Part shown: positions 29,669 through 40,048 of the stretch, piece after piece
Layout: each line of letters begins with the position of its first letter
Numbering within the stretch: position 1 is the first letter of the stretch
Source of the DNA: a virus
Reading direction: 5' to 3' (one strand)
IMG/VR virus record: IMGVR_UViG_3300009703_000016
Coordinates: 1,001 to 65,000 of that record
DNA length: 64,000 nt
The notes under the pieces: model-generated
Database searches by the model: none
Told to the model about the DNA's origin: nothing
The model's input: the letters and a program-made list of their open reading frames with translations, nothing else
Made by a program: the position numbers and the translations under genes

Positions 29669-30690
29669 TCACCCCATTGTTTCCCTCTACGGGAACCATG
29701 AAGTCTTCCTCTTAAACTCTTACTTAAGCGACTATTTTGATAAGTTGTTTTTGATCTACGTGAACCAGTGGGAATGCGCTTGGCGTTACCTATTGGAATA
29801 TCTCCATCAATTACAGGCTCCCAGTCTCTTCCTACTGTTGGCCTATCAGGGTCAAGTTCTCCCTTGATAACTCCACGTGGATTACGAACAGCTCTTGTTC
29901 CACCGCCTGACTCAACTTGTGATTGCCATCTCTTGCAACTGTCCATTAGCTGGCCGATCAACTCACCAAGAAGAGAGATATCATATTCAACTGAAAAGTC
30001 TGCTAGCCTCTTGTTCTTGAGTGTACCACCAGCAGCAGCTACGTTCATAGCTACAGAAAGAGCAGCTTTACATGCTGTGTATTCACGACGGGCATGGTTA
30101 TAAAGTTTTGCATTAATAGCTGGTTTCATGAAAGTTATACAGTCAGCTTCTATGGAAGCTTCCAGTAGTGCATTACATAGTGTGTAATCAGATACGCCTT
30201 GTAACAGCCCACCTGCTTCAAGTCTAGCTTTTCTACTATCTGCATATAGTGGGTTGTATGCTGTTGTGAAAAAGAAAGAGTGTTCTTCTTCAAGAGGAAC
30301 GCCAGCAAGGCTTTGTATCCCAGAAGAGAGCGTTACTTCAATAAGGTTGTTTTCACATGGGCCGAGTGTTGGATAATCTACAATCATCCCAGAATCTAGA
30401 ACTGAATGAGAAAAGTTAACAGTTGTTAAGGTTCCCAGAACCAGTCCACGCCAGTGGTCAATCCAGGTGCCACCTGGGAACTGTGTAGTATATTCAAGTT
30501 GATATATACCATTCCCTAGGTAATCTGGTATTAAACCACTTACAGTAGGAAGGTCAGGACCAGGAGTTAACCCCGGTTCATACAATAAGACTTCAACACC
30601 AGATGCTTGAATAGGATTGCCAGCACTATCATTAAATTGTGCTCTTAATACTCCTGCCGTAGTTACTCTAATCGGTTGTCGTGTTGCCAC
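29662..30690 (-). CDS. Head-tail adaptor with an N-terminal Ig-like domain
   Basis: N-terminal YLGNGIYQLEY...GTWIDHW. Adaptor-like region FTTAYNPLYA...KNKRLADFSVEY. Confidence 0.6.
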   Translation of the reverse strand: MATRQPIRVTTAGVLRAQFNDSAGNPIQASGVEVLLYEPGLTPGPDLPTVSGLIPDYLGNGIYQLEYTTQFPGGTWIDHWRGLVLGTLTTVNFSHSVLDSGMIVDYPTLGPCENNLIEVTLSSGIQSLAGVPLEEEHSFFFTTAYNPLYADSRKARLEAGGLLQGVSDYTLCNALLEASIEADCITFMKPAINAKLYNHARREYTACKAALSVAMNVAAAGGTLKNKRLADFSVEYDISLLGELIGQLMDSCKRWQSQVESGGGTRAVRNPRGVIKGELDPDRPTVGRDWEPVIDGDIPIGNAKRIPTGSRRSKTTYQNSRLSKSLRGRLHGSRRGKQWGDW

Positions 30691-30724
30691 TCATATCACT
30701 TCCTGTTTGTACTATATCAGAAAA

Positions 30725-33616
30725 TTATTTTAGTCCTATCCATTTTGCGAATGTCAAGAGTTTAGACCCGACTCTCTCTCCAAAAGTGTCAGATGTGGTG
30801 TAGCTAGCAATCGGCTCATTCCAGACGTGTTGTGTTATGTGGGGTGCACTAATATGAGATCTATGATCTATTACGAAACCAGGTCCTGAATTGTCAGTTA
30901 GTTTTAAGATACCATCAAGGGCTACAGTACCATTAGTGCAAGACGAATCGAATGTTACTTTCCCCCCGAGGTTACCAATAGTAGAATCATTACCGCCATT
31001 TATATTAATAAAATTGAGTCCACCTGCATAGTTACGAAAAGCAATAGGGCTTGTTGTTCCATTGTAATCTATAGTAGCTGGATTGGGGCCTGGTATACCG
31101 CTTAGGCAATCAATAAAGTGAATATTCTGAGGGGTCAACAATCCCGAGGCCATAGTCTGTGTACCAGCTCTAAGTATACACCTATCGAAAAGAGACGGAA
31201 AAGTCTCAGAACCTATATTAGTTATGCTCTGTAGACCAACTCCTGTACAGAAAACAGGACCCCCTAATTCTCCAGTTAGAATCATGTCGTCAAATGTTGT
31301 TCTATCTGTTGAGCAGCCCGCTCCTAGTACCATGACAGATGTCAGTGGATTCTCTCCTCTGAACTTTAAGTTATCAAGATTATCTGTTGGGGAACAAACT
31401 ATGGTTCCCCTAACAATAAAACTGTCTAGACCACGTTGGAAACCAATAGCCTTGGCATCTGCAAGATTATTAACTGGAGCAGAGTGAGTTCCAAGAGGAA
31501 ACTCAATACCAGAAGAACCTGCTAATGGATCTATAAAAATATTACCGTCAAAGGCTGAAAGCTGGAGTTCATCTGGGTAAATAAGAGATTCTGTATTTAC
31601 AGTAGTAAGCGGTCCAGAGTTATTAACTAACTTGCTTAACCCTCTAATTGTAAATACTCCACTAGTTACGGTATTGTCAAAGACAACTTGACCAGAGTTC
31701 ATATCGACTGAGACACTGTGATCTCTTCCGTTATTAGAGAACGTTAATCCACCGTTATAATTACGAATAACCATATCACTACCGAGACCGGCAAAATCAA
31801 TCGTGGCTGTATTATCGCCTCCAGCAACAGTAGAATAACAGTTGAACAAATGAAGATCTGCAGAACAATCGACTAGTAATGTATTATCTAGTCCACAGTT
31901 TTCAAATGTTGTGACCTCACCATTCACACCTATATTGCTCAACTCGCCAATAACTGAGTCTCTTATGTAAAGAGTTCCATCAACAACACCAGAGATTGTA
32001 CAATCTCCAAAGGTCGTATTCTGTGTACTGACGCCAGAGGTCAGAAAGAAGTGACTGCGATTTCTATCCTCTCCTAATATTGTTAATTCGTCAGCCACAC
32101 GAGTGGCTCCCATCGTCATACTGCCAATAACATAGATCTCATGAAGACCACGATTATTAGCAATAGCAACAGCATCACCAAAGTTATTAACAGGAGCAGA
32201 TCTAAGCCCTACTGGATATTCAGTCCCGGAGAATGAACTTGTAATGTCTAAAGTAACCTGACGATTAAAGGCACCAAGTTGGACCTGGTCGGGAAAGATA
32301 ACCTCGGAAACATCTACAATAGCAGTATCTGGAGTATTATCTAGAACCTCCATAATACCAGTCAGTCTCAAGAGACCACTTGTAACTGTACTATCAAGAC
32401 GAATGCGACCGCCGCTAACCATGTTAAATTCTACATTTTCGCCACCAGTTTTATTAACTAGCTCTATGTCTCCATAGTAATTACGTACAGCAAGGGCCTT
32501 ACCGCTACCATTAAAATCAATAGTTGGAGGCGGAGCATCTTCTACGAGACCGTCATTACAGTCATATAAAGATGTAAGTCCAGTTCCGGCAAGAGTTATA
32601 GTTCCTCCTAGGATACAACTATGAATATTAGCTTCAACAAATTGAATATCGACGAGGTGACAATCTCTGAAATCCGCTTGTGTATCAAAGATACCAGTGA
32701 CAGTGGCTTCTCTAATCTCGACATTTACTGTTGATGCTGGGTCTAAAACAGTTAATAAGGTTCTAGATGCATTATCTCCAACTATTACGAAATCGGAGAT
32801 ATCATCGCCAAGACCAATAGTAGCATTACCCACAATACGTATCGTATTAAAACCTCGTGAAAGAGCAACTGTTCTTGCATCGGCAAAATTATTTGAGGGT
32901 TGTTGTTGTGTTCCTGTAGGATATTCTGTTCCTGTAATACCCTTTGTTGTATCTACTGTTACAGCACCATTAAATGTACTATGCTCAAGTTGTAATTGGC
33001 TTTGTATGGTTGCTGTTGTCGCCGCAGCTCGAACAGCTTGAGTTCCAGCAGTGGGAAAAATTGCGTCAATCGTAGTTTCAAACTCATCTACAGCAACAAG
33101 ATTACCACCTGCAACTTCTACCTGGGTTACATTTAGGACTTTATAGATATCTCCAATTTCAAATTGATTATCCGTACCTCCGCCTAGAAAGTCTGTAGTT
33201 ATTTGAGTTTCTGAATCAACAGTAAGTGCTGTAGCAATAGAGCCATCTGTTAGGTTCATTACCCAGGCTCCAGGTACGACCCCTGAGCTAACGAACTGAG
33301 CGCTTGCATCTTGCAGTACAGCACCTGTTGTGTCTAGAGAAGAAGACAACCCGCTGGTTGTCCAAGTCTTACGAGATTGGAAACCAATATGGGCATTCTG
33401 TAATGTTGTTGTCACTCCAACAAACGTTCCGCCACCAAGGTTTTCCTTACCAGCAGAATCTACGATTGTAGGATAGATCAAATTGGCAGGTTCCTGCTCA
33501 ATATCACGAAGTGTATCGTGTAGATCTTGAATTGTTATTTCAGTAGAGGGGTCAGCAACAAGAATCAATCTTGGGTCGAGATTCCAAAGTACTAAAACAT
33601 CATCTCTACTAGCCAT
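30725..33616 (-). CDS. Head/neck fibre with three ~238-aa beta-helix-like repeats
   Basis: Repeats begin QLEHSTFNGAVTVD..GTEYPTGT..PSNNFADA, QVQLGAFNRQVTLD..GTEYPVGL..PVNNFGDA and ELQLSAFDGNIFID..GIEFPLGT..PVNNLADA. Confidence 0.65.
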   Translation of the reverse strand: MASRDDVLVLWNLDPRLILVADPSTEITIQDLHDTLRDIEQEPANLIYPTIVDSAGKENLGGGTFVGVTTTLQNAHIGFQSRKTWTTSGLSSSLDTTGAVLQDASAQFVSSGVVPGAWVMNLTDGSIATALTVDSETQITTDFLGGGTDNQFEIGDIYKVLNVTQVEVAGGNLVAVDEFETTIDAIFPTAGTQAVRAAATTATIQSQLQLEHSTFNGAVTVDTTKGITGTEYPTGTQQQPSNNFADARTVALSRGFNTIRIVGNATIGLGDDISDFVIVGDNASRTLLTVLDPASTVNVEIREATVTGIFDTQADFRDCHLVDIQFVEANIHSCILGGTITLAGTGLTSLYDCNDGLVEDAPPPTIDFNGSGKALAVRNYYGDIELVNKTGGENVEFNMVSGGRIRLDSTVTSGLLRLTGIMEVLDNTPDTAIVDVSEVIFPDQVQLGAFNRQVTLDITSSFSGTEYPVGLRSAPVNNFGDAVAIANNRGLHEIYVIGSMTMGATRVADELTILGEDRNRSHFFLTSGVSTQNTTFGDCTISGVVDGTLYIRDSVIGELSNIGVNGEVTTFENCGLDNTLLVDCSADLHLFNCYSTVAGGDNTATIDFAGLGSDMVIRNYNGGLTFSNNGRDHSVSVDMNSGQVVFDNTVTSGVFTIRGLSKLVNNSGPLTTVNTESLIYPDELQLSAFDGNIFIDPLAGSSGIEFPLGTHSAPVNNLADAKAIGFQRGLDSFIVRGTIVCSPTDNLDNLKFRGENPLTSVMVLGAGCSTDRTTFDDMILTGELGGPVFCTGVGLQSITNIGSETFPSLFDRCILRAGTQTMASGLLTPQNIHFIDCLSGIPGPNPATIDYNGTTSPIAFRNYAGGLNFININGGNDSTIGNLGGKVTFDSSCTNGTVALDGILKLTDNSGPGFVIDHRSHISAPHITQHVWNEPIASYTTSDTFGERVGSKLLTFAKWIGLK

Positions 33617-33620
33617 TTAC

Positions 33621-34016
33621 TCATCCCTTTTTTGACCTGTCACTCAACTCTTTTTGTAGACGAATAGTATCCTGTTGACATCTTTGGATTTTATCCTGAG
33701 CCACCTGGATAATATCTTCCCAGTCTGTAATTCTGTCATTACTAACCTTAACCTCTTCTTTGAGTGAATCAAGGTCGTACTGCATCATCGGTTCCATCCT
33801 TGAAACCTTAACAGGCATATTTGATCGAAAAGATTCTACTTGTGTAATTAGTAACTCTAGCTCGGTAATCTTTCTTCTCTCAACCCTAATCTGTTCTTGA
33901 TAAGTACGAATATCATTTTGACCATCAATAGACCCCTGTAGGGATTCTCCAAGTTGAACGGCCAGCTCTTCCACAGAAAACTGTGGAAGAGCTGTAACCT
34001 CAAATCTAATTCCCAT
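33621..34016 (-). CDS. Hypothetical coiled-coil protein
   Basis: 131 aa, charged heptad pattern, tiles between the two fibre genes. Confidence 0.6.
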   Translation of the reverse strand: MGIRFEVTALPQFSVEELAVQLGESLQGSIDGQNDIRTYQEQIRVERRKITELELLITQVESFRSNMPVKVSRMEPMMQYDLDSLKEEVKVSNDRITDWEDIIQVAQDKIQRCQQDTIRLQKELSDRSKKG

Positions 34017-34025
34017 TTTAACTCC

Positions 34026-36647
34026 TTAGCCGGCGATTGAATCTGTAGTACGAATAGCTGTAACTGTTAAGTCAGAATCGGCAACTGTAATGTTCTTCTG
34101 AACGTATGGAAGAATACGAGTACCACCCACATCTGGATCAGAGAAACGAGCGCGAGCTATACAATTTGTATCTCCAACATATTTAATGTTTTTGGAGATT
34201 GTAGTCCCTGTTGCGACATCGTCAATGAATGGGAAGTAGATAGTATCTGCATCCACTAAAGCGACTACAGGAGCATTCATTTCCCAGGTATCAGCAGTAC
34301 CGGCACTATGCCAGTTCCCGCCACCACTCAAAACACTTGTTTCAATTGAATCATTATTAATCTTTCTTAGAACAATAGCATGTTCAGACAGTGTTGTGTT
34401 AGTAATATGCATTCCGATTCTAGGCTGACCTGCAGCACCAAAGTTTGTAAACGCACCTATATCTGTTAGAACAGTAGCGCTTTCGGAACCAGTAGTTGTA
34501 CCAGTTGACCAGGCACCCTGATCCAAAGTAACTGTAGTTGCAGCAACTGCACTATAAGCAAAACGATACTCCTCTCCAGTTGTCGAAGATGTATCTACAA
34601 CACGAACCCAACCAGTAGTAGGAACGTCAAGAGCGACTGTCGAATCAAGTGGAATAGTGGCAGCACCGATACTAGCGCCTGCAACACCAACACCATTTTG
34701 GTTCTTAGTAACATCTGCCCCACCGGCTGTATCCACTTCAAGTAAAGCAGCACGATCGTTAGCTACTAGTCCAGCAAAAGTAATTGTACGAACAGTAGGA
34801 GGAATAATCTGAGCACCTGTGAGATCAATAGTCTCCCAGTTGTTAGCATCAGCCGTTGGGACATTAATAAGAACAACGCCCTGAGCAACGAACCAACGAC
34901 CACCAGCAAACGTTCCGAATGGAGCAGCTGTATTGTCAACCACACTTACGACACCAGTTACTGGTTCATTAATAGTAATATTGTTTAAAGCTAATGCATT
35001 AATTTCTGCAATAACGTCATTGTCTGCAAAAGTTCCAGTCACAGCTGTAAGAACACAGACACCTGTTGTTCCAGCAGTGATGGATGTTACAGTTCCGTAG
35101 GCACCAGATCCATTAGTTACCAGGTTACCTTCAGTTGGTTGTGTACCCTGACCGCCATCATAGTTAAAGATGATATCACCAACACCGCGATAGAATTCGC
35201 CGGCTTCATTCTTGGATGCATGTGCAGAAGGAAGTAGTGTATCTTGTGTATCTGCAACCGTACCGTCTTGGTTACCCCGAGCGGTTAGGAACATTACACG
35301 CTTATATACACTAGCTAGTGTATTATTTGCACAGTCAATGGTGCAAGCATACTCTTCATTAGTAGAGTCTTCGTTCACATCTACCTGGGCATCAGCAAAG
35401 GTGATTGTAACAGCACCAGCACCTGGATTAGCAAGAGCTGGGCCAGTTGCAGTTGGCGTTCCATTAACTTCAAAGTCATTAGTTGAAGAACCTCGCGTAA
35501 CAAGGTTATCATTATTACTTAGCTGAATAAGAGTTCTATCTGTAGTAGCAAGTGGTTCTGTGTCTCCAAGTAGGAAAAATCCAATAGTACCAGTTGCTGC
35601 ATTACCATTACTAACTGATGTAATCACAGCGCGCAAACGACCACTTGGACTTGTTAATCCATTTTCAATAATATCTCCAATAGCCATATCTGTTCCAGCA
35701 CGGCCATCAAAAGCTACTGTGTAGGGACCATCTTGAGCATTCAAATCTGAAGCACCAGAAGAGAAGGGAACAACGAAGTTACCAACACCACCGGTCAATT
35801 CGAAGTGAGAGAACACTTTCGAAAACTGACGAGCAAAAACAGCAAGTCTCTGACCATCAATAGCGTTACCCGCTTCTTGAGTTTTAACAAGGATATCGAA
35901 GTGTCCTAGTCCACCCAAGAGGTTAGGAGAACTGGTAAAATCAACGTCAGCATCCCACCACTCATCAAGTTTTTCAATTCTACGCTCAAAACGAGAATCC
36001 GCATCGGGGTCATGGAAGGCAGCGCCGCCCATGTAATCATCGTCCTGACCAACATAAATATCCGTATTAGCCTGTAGAGAACCAACTGAGAAGAGGTTCG
36101 ACCAGACAGATTCACCTGTTTCAATACCGTTGTTAGTTTCCAGAGTGAAGTCTGGATTTATACCAGTTGCATCGTCATCTACAACCTCAGAGGCTGAGAA
36201 TTGAGTTACGGATGTATTCCTAACCCATACGATTTGTCTGACAGTATCTACTGCAAGTATAACGCCTGTTGCACCAGAAGAAACTCCTGTTACAGCTTTT
36301 CCGATATCAGTAGCATCTGGTGCAGCAGTTGCTGACGCCCATCTAAGTCCAGTGATGCCAGTAGCCCCAGACTTAGTCCAGCTAGAAGTTTGAATGGATC
36401 CACCATACAAGGCCTTCATTGTCTCATCGTCAATAAACCACTGATTAATCAGTGTATACTGAGTAGGAGTCTGAGCAGACATAGGGATTTCATATTGCAA
36501 AAATCCTGGCTCATCAAATGTATCCTGAAGATATGAATACAACTGATTAACAGTATAAATACTAGGTGGTCTGTCGTTTACGAATGCAGTATCGTAGGTA
36601 ATTTTTTTATCGACAACGTCGATTGTAATATCATCTTGAATAGCCAA
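34026..36647 (-). CDS. Large virion fibre/appendage protein
   Basis: 873 aa, Thr/Gly/Asp-rich beta protein. Shares N-terminal (TVNQLYSYLQDTFDEP vs TIQDLHDTLRDIEQEP) and internal modules with the 963-aa protein. TTG start after GGAAGTGAT. Confidence 0.65.
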   Translation of the reverse strand: MAIQDDITIDVVDKKITYDTAFVNDRPPSIYTVNQLYSYLQDTFDEPGFLQYEIPMSAQTPTQYTLINQWFIDDETMKALYGGSIQTSSWTKSGATGITGLRWASATAAPDATDIGKAVTGVSSGATGVILAVDTVRQIVWVRNTSVTQFSASEVVDDDATGINPDFTLETNNGIETGESVWSNLFSVGSLQANTDIYVGQDDDYMGGAAFHDPDADSRFERRIEKLDEWWDADVDFTSSPNLLGGLGHFDILVKTQEAGNAIDGQRLAVFARQFSKVFSHFELTGGVGNFVVPFSSGASDLNAQDGPYTVAFDGRAGTDMAIGDIIENGLTSPSGRLRAVITSVSNGNAATGTIGFFLLGDTEPLATTDRTLIQLSNNDNLVTRGSSTNDFEVNGTPTATGPALANPGAGAVTITFADAQVDVNEDSTNEEYACTIDCANNTLASVYKRVMFLTARGNQDGTVADTQDTLLPSAHASKNEAGEFYRGVGDIIFNYDGGQGTQPTEGNLVTNGSGAYGTVTSITAGTTGVCVLTAVTGTFADNDVIAEINALALNNITINEPVTGVVSVVDNTAAPFGTFAGGRWFVAQGVVLINVPTADANNWETIDLTGAQIIPPTVRTITFAGLVANDRAALLEVDTAGGADVTKNQNGVGVAGASIGAATIPLDSTVALDVPTTGWVRVVDTSSTTGEEYRFAYSAVAATTVTLDQGAWSTGTTTGSESATVLTDIGAFTNFGAAGQPRIGMHITNTTLSEHAIVLRKINNDSIETSVLSGGGNWHSAGTADTWEMNAPVVALVDADTIYFPFIDDVATGTTISKNIKYVGDTNCIARARFSDPDVGGTRILPYVQKNITVADSDLTVTAIRTTDSIAG

Positions 36648-36728
36648 TGAAGATCACTTCCTGAGAGAATAATAAGGCATGTTGCCGATACAAATATCAT
36701 ACTAAAAAAATGTCAATACTCAAATTTA

Positions 36729-38837
36729 CTAAGAATTATTTACATCTTCTATCCACACAACTGTAGTCGTCAATCCTGTACCAGTAGCAATAGTTCCTTG
36801 ATTATTAAACGGCAGATATTTAACAGTATTGTTAAGGGTTATTGTCTCCCCTTTTGGCTGAACACCACCACCAGTAGTAACCCTTGCTCTAATATAATAA
36901 AATGGCCCCTGGGTATTAAATGAAGTCGTCGCCCAGTCACTAGGCGCTGTAAAAGACACAGTATTCCACCCAGATGTCTGGAACGAGTTTGTATTATCAA
37001 CTACAGTAAGGGCCGACCAAGCAGCTCCGATCCAGTACTCCCACGCCAATACATAAGTCGTTCCTACAGTTGTTATGTCTAAAAGGACCTCTGAAAAAGC
37101 TGCTAATCCGCCAATATAAAACGCATCATTCAGTGCCGGTACGGCTGGTAGTAAATTAACATCATTCGCAGTGCCAGTACCTGTGCCTGTAGTAAAGTTT
37201 CTTGCCGCATTAGTATAATCAGTATCCACCCCTCCTTCGTCATGTTGAATTGCAGCATTAACAATGCCTGCATTGCGTGACTTCACGTCTACGTTCTGAG
37301 GCGTAGTCCCTCCAAATGAACCAGTAATTTTACCAGTGCTGTCAGCATATCCGGCTAACAACTCAACACCATTTTCGGCCCCACCATTACCAATCATAAC
37401 TCCGTAAGAGCCCTCTGTAAGATTATTTATCTCTAAAGAGACAGACACATTTACTACAGTAGAGCTACTAGTCCCATTTCTATAAGTCGGAGAAGTTCCT
37501 CCCCCAGCAATATTTATAGTTACTAAACCACCTGAGTTATTATAAATGGCAGCACTCGTAGACCCAGTTATTCCATATCCTGTAAAAGTATTACCTGTAA
37601 ATGTATAGGTACCAATTGCTGTTATTTCTATAGCATGCCCAGTGCCACCGGTGTTGTCAAAAACGTGATCCTCTACCTTGGTTAAATCATTAGTGGTTAT
37701 AAAGGCTACCGAAACTGCCGTCGCATGCAAGTTTGTGCTTCCGCCCAATATTTTATCACTAGCTACACTTAAAGCTACTGCTGTAGAATTCTCAAAGACA
37801 CAGTCTGTAACAGTTATACCATTAGGCTGTATATCAGCACACTGCACAAACTTACAGGTACTCACAGTTGATTGAGCACCAAACTTGACCAAGCTGCCAA
37901 AAATAAATGTATTAGCTACAAAACGACCTGTATCGCCAGTAGCTAGGGCCGACATGTCAAAATCAAAGGGAAGAGCTGTGCTAGCGCCTTGCCAAACTAC
38001 ATTTTCCAAATCTATATTAGATACCCCGGTCGTACCATCATTACCTATTACCTTATAAAAAGTACTTGCTACTGGCAAGTCACGGAAAATAACAGTTTTT
38101 GTATTATCTTGAAGATAAATAGTGCTAGCGGCATTTCCAAACTGCATTGCTCCTGCAACAGAAAACGCCGTACCGCCACCCAGGTCAATAAATGTGCCAT
38201 AAGCGCTGGTATCTGCAGATGCTAAATTAGCAAGTGTGAGTCGATCTCCCGAAGTTCCGCCAGTATACCTTAATCCAAAATCATTATTTGCATCACTACG
38301 TCTTACTGCGTCAAAATACTGATTTTGAAGGAATGCTTCTCCTTTAGAGGCGGTAACATTATAAGCGCTTCCTACACGAGTAAATCCAGTGTGCCCTGGC
38401 TCAGTACCGTAATTAAGATCAGATGCTGGACCGGTACTGTCTATGTTTAAAACATAGTAATACCAGCCTCCAGAATAACTTTCATCTGCGCCTGTTGCAT
38501 ACCACAAGCCCCTATTGGTATTATCCCCTAAATACAAAGATACTCCACCATCAGCCTTATTATGCACAGGATAAAGAGCACGTAACCAAATTCCCAAATG
38601 CCTATTTGCTCCACTAAAAGAAGTCACTTGTACATACATTGCAGAAAAGTCGCTGGTAGCAGGATTTGTTGAGCCTACTGCTCCAGAGTACCCACAGGCA
38701 TAGCATCCGGCTCCTTCTATATTAAGGTCAGCATCATTATTGGTTGTATTAGAATTACCTGTAGCCTCTAATACAGGATTACCTGTATTGGCAAGATCAA
38801 TGGTGACCATTAATGCTGCAATGGTAGCTACAGCCAT
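36729..38837 (-). CDS. Virion fibre/receptor-binding-like protein (probably a foreign cassette)
   Basis: 702 aa, Thr/Gly/Asn-rich with beta-helix-like FTGNTFTGYG and a lectin-like C-terminal part (WEYWIGAAW, FYYIRARV). Codon style differs from its neighbours. Confidence 0.65.
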   Translation of the reverse strand: MAVATIAALMVTIDLANTGNPVLEATGNSNTTNNDADLNIEGAGCYACGYSGAVGSTNPATSDFSAMYVQVTSFSGANRHLGIWLRALYPVHNKADGGVSLYLGDNTNRGLWYATGADESYSGGWYYYVLNIDSTGPASDLNYGTEPGHTGFTRVGSAYNVTASKGEAFLQNQYFDAVRRSDANNDFGLRYTGGTSGDRLTLANLASADTSAYGTFIDLGGGTAFSVAGAMQFGNAASTIYLQDNTKTVIFRDLPVASTFYKVIGNDGTTGVSNIDLENVVWQGASTALPFDFDMSALATGDTGRFVANTFIFGSLVKFGAQSTVSTCKFVQCADIQPNGITVTDCVFENSTAVALSVASDKILGGSTNLHATAVSVAFITTNDLTKVEDHVFDNTGGTGHAIEITAIGTYTFTGNTFTGYGITGSTSAAIYNNSGGLVTINIAGGGTSPTYRNGTSSSTVVNVSVSLEINNLTEGSYGVMIGNGGAENGVELLAGYADSTGKITGSFGGTTPQNVDVKSRNAGIVNAAIQHDEGGVDTDYTNAARNFTTGTGTGTANDVNLLPAVPALNDAFYIGGLAAFSEVLLDITTVGTTYVLAWEYWIGAAWSALTVVDNTNSFQTSGWNTVSFTAPSDWATTSFNTQGPFYYIRARVTTGGGVQPKGETITLNNTVKYLPFNNQGTIATGTGLTTTVVWIEDVNNS

Positions 38838-38868
38838 TTTTTTACCCCCTTATATCAACGCAAATAAT

Positions 38869-39084
38869 TTATGAATAAGCCAAGCTCAGTCGGCTATCCC
38901 AAATATTATCAAATAAAGCATCTCCGTCAGCCCAAGTTATTGATATATCCTCCAAAGGGCCCGTCTTTATAAAAACAATTCTCTGTATTCTCCAAGAAGG
39001 AGCTGAGCTCGCCGTACCAGGCAAAGACTCTCCTATATACAGAGGAGAGCCGCCTGGAGTTTCATCTATTTCTTTATTATACAT
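38869..39084 (-). CDS. 71-aa paralog of the C-terminal domain of the 39367-40047 protein
   Basis: YIGESLPGTASSAPSWRIQRI...FDNIWDSRLSLAY vs YVGEATPGTATSAASWRIYRL...FDQVWDDRLSLTY. Confidence 0.75.
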   Translation of the reverse strand: MYNKEIDETPGGSPLYIGESLPGTASSAPSWRIQRIVFIKTGPLEDISITWADGDALFDNIWDSRLSLAYS

Positions 39085-39250
39085 ATAATTCTACACTCGT
39101 AAATTCACCAGCACCACCAGTAGGGTTGGATGCATTAGAGGAAGTCAACTCATTCCATGATGGTCCTGAAGTAATAATAATCCCTAACAAATCATTGATT
39201 TGAAAATCAGGATCTGTACCATTATTTCCGGTGCGCACAAATAAAGACAC
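39077..39250 (-). pseudogene. 57-aa truncated paralog of the N-terminus of the 39367-40047 protein (not in the track)
   Basis: GGAGG SD then GTG. MSLFVRTGNNGTDPDFQINDLLG...GEF vs MATRLYVRTGNTGTDPSVDVDDLG...GQF. Confidence 0.65.
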
Positions 39251-39366
39251 CTATATCCTCCAAGCTATTTCAAGGCCAACGACGGGGCTCTCAGTAGGTG
39301 ATCCCAAAGACCAGTGATCAGGTGGCTCTCTGGGTAATAAAAAGCGAGTTTAAGATCAGACATTTT

Positions 39367-40047
39367 TCACGCTGGTAGATTGTAGGTTAGAGAAAGTCTA
39401 TCGTCCCAAACCTGATCAAAAGAAGTACTACTATTGGCATATAACTTGATCAATTCCTCATCGCCACCGCCACTTTCATCTAAACGATAGATTCTCCATG
39501 AAGCTGCTGAGGTTGCAGTTCCAGGGGTGGCCTCCCCTACGTAGGTTAACTTGCCAGGATTAACCTCATCTAATAATAATACTAATGGCGTCGTTCCCAT
39601 CTCTACTGCCTCCCAAGAAGTTCCATTTCCAATATACAACTGATTAGTTGTTGTGTCATAGAAGAACTCCCCTAATCTGGTTTCAGCAGGAAGACTACTG
39701 GCCTGTGGAGAGGTTAAGCGTCCGTCTGTTAAATCCCAATCATCACCAATAAGATCTTGGAGAATCATGTAGTCAGCTATATAAGCGTCTGCTCTTTCTC
39801 CTAGGATTCCTGTCTTGGACCACTCAAGTCCAGAAGTGGTGATAGCGTCGTATAGATCTTGTGAGTCTCTTAATCTCCTAGCATTGAACTGACCATCATC
39901 AGCAGGGCTATTAATGGCTTGATCTGGATCAGAAGCAGATATTAGTAGCCAACCAGATGCAGTGGGAACTGTAAGCCCAAGATCATCTACATCAACAGAT
40001 GGGTCTGTTCCAGTGTTTCCTGTTCTTACATATAGTCTAGTTGCCAT
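39367..40047 (-). CDS. Virion structural protein
   Basis: 226 aa with GEFFYDTTTNQLYIGNGTSW (fibre-associated motif). Located in the head-accessory cluster. Confidence 0.6.
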   Translation of the reverse strand: MATRLYVRTGNTGTDPSVDVDDLGLTVPTASGWLLISASDPDQAINSPADDGQFNARRLRDSQDLYDAITTSGLEWSKTGILGERADAYIADYMILQDLIGDDWDLTDGRLTSPQASSLPAETRLGEFFYDTTTNQLYIGNGTSWEAVEMGTTPLVLLLDEVNPGKLTYVGEATPGTATSAASWRIYRLDESGGGDEELIKLYANSSTSFDQVWDDRLSLTYNLPA

Positions 40048-40048
40048 A

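Noticed and set aside
39280-39360. Riboswitch or attachment site in the gap (GAGAGCC and GATCAC repeated)
   Set aside because: The repeats are only 6-7 nt, I found no convincing stem, and no integrase is nearby.
30725-40047. Diversity-generating retroelement acting on the fibre genes
   Set aside because: No reverse transcriptase is in the window. The duplicated segments differ at all base types, not only at adenines.
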